Shown here piece after piece: positions 1 through 6,763 of a stretch of 19,189 bases of DNA; position 1 is the stretch's first letter, and each line of letters begins with the position of its first letter. Position numbers and translations under genes: made by a program. The DNA is from Fibrobacterota bacterium. Its GTDB lineage: Bacteria > Fibrobacterota > Fibrobacteria > UBA11236. The notes under the pieces are model-generated. The model was not told where the DNA came from. It did no database searches and worked only from the letters and a program-made list of their open reading frames with translations. The DNA lies in assembly GCA_043753995.1 (NCBI GenBank), contig JAYUVP010000308.1, positions 1 to 19,189 of the forward strand, in the 5' to 3' direction.

Positions 1-200
1 TTCGTTCTGAACTGCGTACCAGCCTGAAAAAACTGCGCTCCGCCACCACGGCCGATGGCGCCAAGGCCGAAATGCCGAATTTCTTCTCCCTGCTCGACAA
101 AGCCGCCCGCAAGGGCCAAGGCGGGATTACCAAAAACTCCGCCAGCAATTACAAGCGCAAGATTCATCAGATGTTGAATAAGCTTGCGGTGAGCAAGTAA
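1..200 (+). CDS. rpsT: 30S ribosomal protein S20, 3' part (5' end outside window)
   Basis: Frame from nt 3 reads RSELRTSLKKLRSATTADGAKAEMPNFFSLLDKAARKGQGGITKNSASNYKRKIHQMLNKLAVSK* (TAA 198-200). This matches the S20 pattern 'S.LRT..KK...S.LDKAA.KG.I.KN.A..K'. Absent from the ORF track. Confidence 0.88.
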   Translation, partial: RSELRTSLKKLRSATTADGAKAEMPNFFSLLDKAARKGQGGITKNSASNYKRKIHQMLNKLAVSK

Positions 201-262
201 GTCGATAGCCCTAACGCCAACGGGGATGGGCCTCCCTGATTTGGCGTTTGCCCTGCAAATGC

Positions 263-297
263 AGCCGTTGCCTCGAAAGAGGTAGCGGTTTTTTTTT
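263..297 (+). terminator. Rho-independent terminator of rpsT
   Basis: AGCCGTTGCCTC-GAAA-GAGGTAGCGGTT: 12-bp stem including G-U pairs, GNRA loop, running into a T tract that ends at 297. Confidence 0.88.
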
Positions 298-355
298 GGA
301 CTTCCGTTTTTTGCCACCCGGCTTGTTGCCTGGGAATGTGAGATAATCGGCCCAC

Positions 356-1771
356 ATGAAGCCCCGCGTTTTAGTCATAGACGACGAAGTGTCCCTATGC
401 AGTTTGCTCGAAGTTTTTTTTGAGCGCCGCGGTTTTATTGTCGACAAGGCCCATAGCTTGAAAACCGGCGTGGCCTTTTTGGATAAGCCCGAACCTGCCT
501 TGGCCATGGTCGATTTATCCCTAGGGCAAGATTCCGGGCTCGATTTATTGCGCGGTTTATTGGGGCGCTTTCCGCATTTGCCGGTGGTGGTCATGACGGC
601 CTATGGCACCGTGGAAAGAGCCGTGGAAGCGGTGAAGTTAGGTGCCTTTGATTTCATCCAAAAGCCCTTTGAAATGGTGTTCCTGGGCAAGGTCGTCGAA
701 AAGGCCATGGCGACGCGTGCTCTCGAAAGCGAGAATCAAGACCTCAAGGAAAAACTGCGCCGCAAGGGCGGGGTGGAGATGGTGGGTCAAAGCGAGGCCA
801 TGATTAAGCTCAAGGGCTTAATCGCTGCCGTAGCCAGCTCCGAAAGCACCGTTCTCATCACGGGTGAATCCGGAACAGGTAAGGAAGTCGTCGCTAAATT
901 GATTCATCATAAATCCCTGCGCATGGACAAGCCCTTTGTCGCAGTGAATTGCTCGGCACTTTCGGAGAACTTGCTAGAAAGTGAGCTTTTCGGTCATATG
1001 AAAGGCGCCTTCACCTCGGCCTATGCCGACAAAGTCGGCCTCTTTCAAGTCGCGCATGGGGGCACCCTTTTTCTCGATGAAATCGGCGATTTACCACTCA
1101 AGACCCAGGTCAAACTCTTACGCGTTTTACAAGAAAAAGAAATCACCCCAGTAGGGGGAACCGATTCGCGCAAAATCGATGCGCGCCTATTGGCGGCCAC
1201 CAATGTCGACTTGGAAACGGCGGTGGCGCAAGGGCGCTTCCGCGAAGACCTGTATTATCGCCTCAATGTTTTGCGATTGCATACCCCTCGCCTGGCCGAT
1301 CGCGGCGATGACGTGGTTTTGCTGGCCAACCACTTTTTACAAGCTAAAACCGGCGGTCGAAAATCCTTTTCTTCCTCGGCCCTGCAGAGCATGACTCATT
1401 TTCCGTGGCCGGGCAATGTGAGGCAATTGGAAAATGCCGTCGAGCGCGCCATAGCCTTTGCCCAGGGCGATATCATTGACGGCCTTGAACTAGAAACGCG
1501 CTCCCCCACGGCCATCGCCGCCAGTCAGGCCGCGATAAGCAATAGCGAGTCCGCCGGAGGGGTTTTAGAAGAAGAGGAAAGCCTTTTCGGCCAGGACCTC
1601 CCGCCCGGCCAGGTCCCGCCGCCCACCTTACTTGACCTGGAAAGGGCCTATATCCATTGGGTATTGACCCAGAATCAGTGGCAAAAGCCCAAGGTCGCCC
1701 GCGTCCTGGGGTTGGATATCTCCACGCTTTATAGGAAAATTGAGAAGTATGGGCTAAAGCCAAATTCCTGA
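356..1771 (+). CDS. Sigma54-dependent response regulator, NtrC/AtoC/PilR family (REC-AAA+-Fis HTH)
   Basis: REC motifs VLVIDDE, MVDL, MTAY, KPF; Walker A GESGTGKE; GAFTSA loop; Walker B LFLDEIG; RFREDLYYRLNV; C-terminal HTH VARVLGLDISTLYRKI. Confidence 0.95.
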   Translation: MKPRVLVIDDEVSLCSLLEVFFERRGFIVDKAHSLKTGVAFLDKPEPALAMVDLSLGQDSGLDLLRGLLGRFPHLPVVVMTAYGTVERAVEAVKLGAFDFIQKPFEMVFLGKVVEKAMATRALESENQDLKEKLRRKGGVEMVGQSEAMIKLKGLIAAVASSESTVLITGESGTGKEVVAKLIHHKSLRMDKPFVAVNCSALSENLLESELFGHMKGAFTSAYADKVGLFQVAHGGTLFLDEIGDLPLKTQVKLLRVLQEKEITPVGGTDSRKIDARLLAATNVDLETAVAQGRFREDLYYRLNVLRLHTPRLADRGDDVVLLANHFLQAKTGGRKSFSSSALQSMTHFPWPGNVRQLENAVERAIAFAQGDIIDGLELETRSPTAIAASQAAISNSESAGGVLEEEESLFGQDLPPGQVPPPTLLDLERAYIHWVLTQNQWQKPKVARVLGLDISTLYRKIEKYGLKPNS

Positions 1772-1785
1772 AGAGGCCGTCTTTC

Positions 1786-3945
1786 ATGATGATTCGAAGT
1801 TGGCGCGTCGGAGTCTATCTGGCTTCGCTGCTGGTGATGATAATCCCCAGGGCTTGGGGAGAAATGCCCGTTTCCGTATTGGACTGGAAACAGGCCATTC
1901 AAACCCGTTTGCAAATGGAAGCTCAGTGGCCCGGCACCCATAAGCTTTTTATCGGTCAAGAACCCGGCGATCGCCCCGCTTTAATCGAAGCCTTGGCCAC
2001 GGACAAAAGCCTAGGCTTGCCGGGGGCCTGGGTACTTGTGGCTCGGGCTTTGGCCGAATCCTCCAAGGGAATGACTCCGCAAGGCGATGCCCTGGTGGCC
2101 CAGGCCAAGGACATGGGGCAGGGCCATCCGGGATTTCTTTTCGAAGGTGCCCAGATTCTCTTGCAAGCCGGCCACATGAATCAGGCCAGGGTTTGGGAGA
2201 CGGCCTTGCAAAAAGAGTTGCTGACCTCCGGGTATTTGCGCGCACCTGCCTTCGCCAAGGTCGTCCTGGGCCAAGCTCGAAAGGCCATGAAGCAAAACCA
2301 AAAATTGCTGGCCGTTCAAAGAATCGACTTTGCCCAAAAATTGGATCCATTTTCACCCTGGAATGCCCTGGCCCGTTTGGAAATGAGCTTGGGGGCGGCC
2401 CCACCTTGGGCCTGGAATATCGGTGAGATTTGGCAAGGCCTGAGTGAAATCGCCAAGCTCCTGCGCTTTTATCACAATTCCTTACCTCTGCTCTACAATG
2501 CCGCGCATTGGCTTCGCCTCGCCCTGCAAGGTTTCGGACTTTTTCTGCTATTAGCCTTATTGCTGCGTCACTTTCAGGATAGCACCCACCTTTTAGCCGA
2601 ACGACTGCCACGCGTGGTGGAAATCTCCTGGCGCTATTTGGCCATAGTCTTGGTGGCCGCCAGCGTTTGGGTTGCCGGGGTAGGCTTTCTTTATCTCTCC
2701 GCACCTTTGGCTCTTTTCCTTTGGAAAGCGGCACGGCCCTTCGAACGCAGTCGCCTGAAAGGAATTCTGGTCGGTTTGCTTTGCATCCCCTTCGGCTTGA
2801 CCTTGGAGCATGCCCTCTTGCGGCATATGGATCCCAAAGAGGGCATGCACTATTATCATCGCGCCTTTGAAAGTGGCTTCGACGTCAATCTCACTCGCCA
2901 AGTCGAAACCTTTACGCCTGCTGTGGCCACGGATCCTTTTTACAAATCCATGGCCCTGTCTTTGCAATTCCGAAAACTGGGTAATACGGTGAAAGCGGAA
3001 AAAGCCATGCAGATTGCCAAGGCGCAGTCTCCTAGCCATGCCCTAATGCTCATGCAATCCGGTAACTTGAGCATGATGGTACAAGACTATTCCGGAGCAG
3101 AAAAGCAATATCTGGCCGCTTTGAAAGTGGCTCCCACCTGGGTTGAATCTTGGTTCAATGCTAGCCAGGCCGCGCTTTTTCTGAATCGCTCCGATGCCCA
3201 TAAGATGCGCTTGGATAAGGCGGCCAGTGCCGACGCCGGCTACTTAACCCAATTTCTCCGCGAGAATGATGCTTTTTATGAAGTCACACCGCCGTTACGG
3301 CGGGCTATGGATCCCATGTTGCGTACCAATATGGCCTTAGCACCGGGCCTAGGCGAACTCGTCAGCCTTGGCTTTTTGCAAAAGGAATTGGCCAGCGGCT
3401 TGCTCACCGTTCCTGCTTGGGCCTTGCTGGCTTTGACTCTGGTTTGCATGATGGCTATTGCCCTGAGGCAAAAACATCATTCGCCTTATTTGACCGGCAA
3501 AAGCACCTTCCATTGCAAAATCTGCCGTAAGGTGATGTGTGTCCATTGTCGAAAAGGGGTGCATTGCGAGGCGTGTTTCAAATCTGTGGTGGGAGTCACC
3601 GATTTAAGGTTGCGGGAGGAATTGGTGCAGCGCTTAAGATCGCGCAGCGCGGCCTTGGAAAATGCCCTCTATCGCAGCTTGAATACGGTTTTGCCGGGAC
3701 TGGGTGATTTGTATGTCGGGGCAAGCGGTTTTCCCGTGCTGTGGATGTTACTGTCCGTCAGCAGTTGGGCCTTACTGGTGCAAGTCAATCATCCCGTGAT
3801 GGAATACCCCGTACAATCCCTGGGAATATTCGCCTATTTGGCATGGCTACCCCTGGCCGTGGTTTATGGCCTATACAATGCCTTCACCTATTTGCCCGGC
3901 GGCAAACGCTTAGTCGTCGGCGCCAAAAGCGAGGTATCGCTGTGA
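1786..3945 (+). CDS. Multi-pass membrane protein with TPR-like regions and a Cys/His zinc-finger-like motif
   Basis: 719 aa; N-terminal signal-like hydrophobic stretch; several hydrophobic helices; TPR-like segments (GNLSMMVQDYSGAEKQYLAALKVAP); HCKICRKVMCVHCRKGVHCEAC at 3511-3576; SD-like GAAGAGG upstream. Confidence 0.75.
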   Translation: MMIRSWRVGVYLASLLVMIIPRAWGEMPVSVLDWKQAIQTRLQMEAQWPGTHKLFIGQEPGDRPALIEALATDKSLGLPGAWVLVARALAESSKGMTPQGDALVAQAKDMGQGHPGFLFEGAQILLQAGHMNQARVWETALQKELLTSGYLRAPAFAKVVLGQARKAMKQNQKLLAVQRIDFAQKLDPFSPWNALARLEMSLGAAPPWAWNIGEIWQGLSEIAKLLRFYHNSLPLLYNAAHWLRLALQGFGLFLLLALLLRHFQDSTHLLAERLPRVVEISWRYLAIVLVAASVWVAGVGFLYLSAPLALFLWKAARPFERSRLKGILVGLLCIPFGLTLEHALLRHMDPKEGMHYYHRAFESGFDVNLTRQVETFTPAVATDPFYKSMALSLQFRKLGNTVKAEKAMQIAKAQSPSHALMLMQSGNLSMMVQDYSGAEKQYLAALKVAPTWVESWFNASQAALFLNRSDAHKMRLDKAASADAGYLTQFLRENDAFYEVTPPLRRAMDPMLRTNMALAPGLGELVSLGFLQKELASGLLTVPAWALLALTLVCMMAIALRQKHHSPYLTGKSTFHCKICRKVMCVHCRKGVHCEACFKSVVGVTDLRLREELVQRLRSRSAALENALYRSLNTVLPGLGDLYVGASGFPVLWMLLSVSSWALLVQVNHPVMEYPVQSLGIFAYLAWLPLAVVYGLYNAFTYLPGGKRLVVGAKSEVSL

Positions 3946-5015
3946 TTCTTCAAGGTGATTTAAAGGATTTTTCCCTGGCAGATTTGCTGCAATTGCTTTT
4001 GCAGCAGCACAAGTCGGGCACTCTGATCTTGACGCACAACAAGGAAAAGGTGGAGATCACCCTTTCCCAGGGCAATATCATTGGCATCAAGGTGGGAGGA
4101 ACAACCCCGGAAACGCGTATTCGGGACATGCTGGTGGAAAGCGGAAAAATCAGCCGCAAGGAAATGGAAGATCTGGAAGCCGTGTCCGTGAATATGAACC
4201 GGCCCTTGCTAGCCACGCTTTCGGCCAAAGGATATCTACCTGAAGAAGAAAGAGAGCGAGTCGTCACCGTCGCCTCGGAAGATATGGTTTTTGACCTCTT
4301 TCGCTGGACCGAGGGCCAATACGAATTCGGAGGCGGCCAAAAAGGTATGGCTCCTGGCCTGGGTCATTTGCGCATTAGCACCGAATTCGCATGCATGGAG
4401 GGAATGCGGCGCATCGATGAATGGCCGCGATTGCATGAACAAGTCCCCCATGATCGCATGGTTTTTCAACGTACCGATCGACCTTGCACGAGCGAAGACG
4501 TTTGGGAGCAAGGCGTGTTCGCCAGCATAGACGGTCGCTTGTCGGTTTCGGCCATAGCCAAAAGGCAACCCTTCGGGGATTTTCGTCTGCTTGAATGCTT
4601 GGTTAACTTATGGGATGCAGGTTGCATCGCGCCTCTCGAAGGCGCGGCGATGCATGTGGAGGTGGCCGCGGCCACCGATCCGCGAGTGGAAAGGGATCAG
4701 AAAACGGCCTTGGTGCTTGGTCTATCGGCCATGCTTCTCTTGACCGGCCTGATTTTTCGACTCGTGGCTACTTGGTTTTTGCAATCCACGGGTGTCGGCG
4801 CCATCAACACGCCGCAGACCCGGGCCGAAGCCGCTGCGCTGAGGGAAAATGCCGCCGTGATGGTGCTTGAACACCTATCACGCACCGGCGCCACCCCGAA
4901 GCGCCTTGGAGATTTGGTGCAAGAGGGGCAACTCGCAGGTTACGAGACGCGTGGCCCCGAAGGAGGACGGTTGGTGTATCAGAAACATGGGGATAAGGAC
5001 TTTGTCCTGAAATGA
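3942..5015 (+). CDS. DUF4388 (PatA-N-like) domain membrane protein
   Basis: GTG at 3942 overlaps the upstream TGA (GTGA), with GAGGT at 3931. N-terminus MILQGDLKDFSLADLLQLLLQQHKSGTL, plus LFRWTEGQYEF and MEGMRRIDEW, are typical of DUF4388. One TM helix (LVLGLSAMLLLTGLIFRLVATWFL). 357 aa. Confidence 0.85.
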   Translation: MILQGDLKDFSLADLLQLLLQQHKSGTLILTHNKEKVEITLSQGNIIGIKVGGTTPETRIRDMLVESGKISRKEMEDLEAVSVNMNRPLLATLSAKGYLPEEERERVVTVASEDMVFDLFRWTEGQYEFGGGQKGMAPGLGHLRISTEFACMEGMRRIDEWPRLHEQVPHDRMVFQRTDRPCTSEDVWEQGVFASIDGRLSVSAIAKRQPFGDFRLLECLVNLWDAGCIAPLEGAAMHVEVAAATDPRVERDQKTALVLGLSAMLLLTGLIFRLVATWFLQSTGVGAINTPQTRAEAAALRENAAVMVLEHLSRTGATPKRLGDLVQEGQLAGYETRGPEGGRLVYQKHGDKDFVLK

Positions 5016-5019
5016 AAAC

Positions 5020-5988
5020 ATGAGCCAGAATTCGGCATCTGCCGCCATCGGCGAAGTCCGCACCGCCGTGCAAGTGTTGCGCGAGGACGTGACTTGTCAG
5101 AGCTTCATTCAAGGCAGCTCCTCCCTGGCCTATGCCAGCGTCTTGATTCGTCGAGGCCAATATGAATTGGCCGGTCATGTATTGAAATCGCTGGAAAGCC
5201 GTAAGGCCGGTCGCTTTCGCGACATTGTCTTTTATTTACAGGCCCTCATCGACATCGAAACGGGTCTTTTCCCCCAGGTCAAGACGCGCTTGGTCTCCCG
5301 TCTCAAGGAGCAGCCTGCCGACATGGTGTCCTTGTCTTTATTGCAGGCATGTATCCAGGCAGAACTTTTGGCCTACCCTGATGGGGAAGGATCGTCCTTC
5401 GAATTTGCCTTTGAGCCCGAGGCTCCTCCGCAGCTCATGAAGAGCGAGCCCGCCCCTGCACCCGCTCCGCAATACCTCGAACCTTCGCCTATCGAGGCAT
5501 CCGCGCCTTATCGTGCTCCGGAGCCGCCGCGCCAGCCGCCACCTAATAATATGGTCGCGAATGACACCCGCTCCTCTCGCCCTGGGCGCGAAGGCAGTGG
5601 GTCCACGGACGTGGACTTGAAGCCCTTTCAAACCGTGGTGAATGACGCGGGAACCAAGGCTTTCGCGGCCTGGGACAGCATGAATGGCGACATGCGCTGT
5701 GAGGTGCGAGAGGCCCAGTTGGAAGGCGTGGTGGGCGAATTGCCCCAGCTTTTGCCCAATTCCCTGGCCGTCGCCGTCGCGGGTTTGGATGCTGGGCGTA
5801 CCATCAAAACCTGCTTTTCCTTTAACCACCTGACGGTGACCACCTTGCATCAGGGCCACTTCAATGTCGGCCTCATCACCGGCCCTTTGAACCAATCCCT
5901 CATCGCCGTGGTGCGCACCGAGACCCTTTTTGCTAAAAGGGCCGGGCAGCTCGCCGCGCAATCCGGGGAGCGTGATGGCGCGGCCTGA
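5020..5988 (+). CDS. Hypothetical protein: TPR-like N-terminus, Pro-rich linker, possible degenerate roadblock/LC7 C-terminal domain
   Basis: 322 aa, 4 nt after the previous stop. Helical repeats (LAYASVLIRRGQYELAGHVL), EPAPAPAP linker, and a C-terminal ~110 aa with a roadblock-like alpha/beta pattern. Confidence 0.65.
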   Translation: MSQNSASAAIGEVRTAVQVLREDVTCQSFIQGSSSLAYASVLIRRGQYELAGHVLKSLESRKAGRFRDIVFYLQALIDIETGLFPQVKTRLVSRLKEQPADMVSLSLLQACIQAELLAYPDGEGSSFEFAFEPEAPPQLMKSEPAPAPAPQYLEPSPIEASAPYRAPEPPRQPPPNNMVANDTRSSRPGREGSGSTDVDLKPFQTVVNDAGTKAFAAWDSMNGDMRCEVREAQLEGVVGELPQLLPNSLAVAVAGLDAGRTIKTCFSFNHLTVTTLHQGHFNVGLITGPLNQSLIAVVRTETLFAKRAGQLAAQSGERDGAA

Positions 5989-6409
5989 ACTCGATCGGTC
6001 CCCCACCAATATCAATAAGCTGGGAGAAAGTCATGATTTCGACGATATACTCAGTTACTTGAGCCTGGTGAACGGCATTGACGGCGCCTTGCTTTTGGAC
6101 GCCGAAGGTTGGGTTTTGGCTCGGGGAGAAGAGACCGATAGGAATTTAGAGATCGAAGGCCCCTATGTGCTGTATCATTTCCAGGAGTGCGCCCGGCAAT
6201 TGGCCGGGTTGGGGTCGGCACCCATGGAAAATCAAGTAGCCTATTTAGGCGATCGCTTTTTTCTGGTGCAAAACCTGGAAAGGGCGGGGAGGTTCTTTTT
6301 GCTGGTCAGTGGAGCTAAGGGAAGTTACGATTTGTTTCGGATCCGGTGCGAGCGTGCGGCGCAATCCGTGTCACGCGTGTTACGTGAGCGCGGCTGGTTG
6401 AGAGGATAA
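5975..6409 (+). CDS. Roadblock/LC7 domain protein
   Basis: ATG 5975 (or GTG 5972) after GGGGAG, overlapping the upstream stop. FDDILSYLSLVNGIDGALLLDAEGWVLA is the typical roadblock start 'L..L....G..GA.L.D.DG..LA'. 144 aa. Confidence 0.8.
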   Translation: MARPELDRSPTNINKLGESHDFDDILSYLSLVNGIDGALLLDAEGWVLARGEETDRNLEIEGPYVLYHFQECARQLAGLGSAPMENQVAYLGDRFFLVQNLERAGRFFLLVSGAKGSYDLFRIRCERAAQSVSRVLRERGWLRG

Positions 6410-6413
6410 TGCA

Positions 6414-6746
6414 TTGCTGACCCTCCTAGAACGCATAAACCAGATCAAAGGCGTCAAAGGCTCTAGTATCGTGAGCCATGACGGTTTGGAAATCGTATCG
6501 CATTTCCGCAGTCCTGTCCCTTCGGATTTCATCAGCGCCTTGATAGTTTCCATTCAGCAAGTGGCCAATCGCATCGTCGAGAAGATCGAAGCGGGTTCAT
6601 TGACGCAGACCATGATTGAAGCCACCGAAGGCAAGTTCTTCGTGCAGGCCGTGGAATTGGGCTATTTGGTGGTGCTGGCCGACAGTCAAGCCAATACCGG
6701 ACTCATTCGGGTGGAGATCGCCCAAGTGAGCCCCCACATCAAGTAA
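6414..6746 (+). CDS. Roadblock/LC7 domain protein (MglB/MglC-like)
   Basis: TTG start 7 nt after GAGGA. LERINQIKGVKGSSIVSHDGLEI, QTMIEATEGKFFV and YLVVLADSQANTGLIRVEI fit the family. 110 aa. Confidence 0.88.
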   Translation: MLTLLERINQIKGVKGSSIVSHDGLEIVSHFRSPVPSDFISALIVSIQQVANRIVEKIEAGSLTQTMIEATEGKFFVQAVELGYLVVLADSQANTGLIRVEIAQVSPHIK

Positions 6747-6763
6747 CAGGTTAAGAGGCAACT

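Noticed and set aside
3741..3941. Longer 424-aa version of the DUF4388 ORF
   Set aside because: It overlaps the upstream gene by 205 nt; DUF4388 similarity, an SD and the GTGA coupling all point to 3942.
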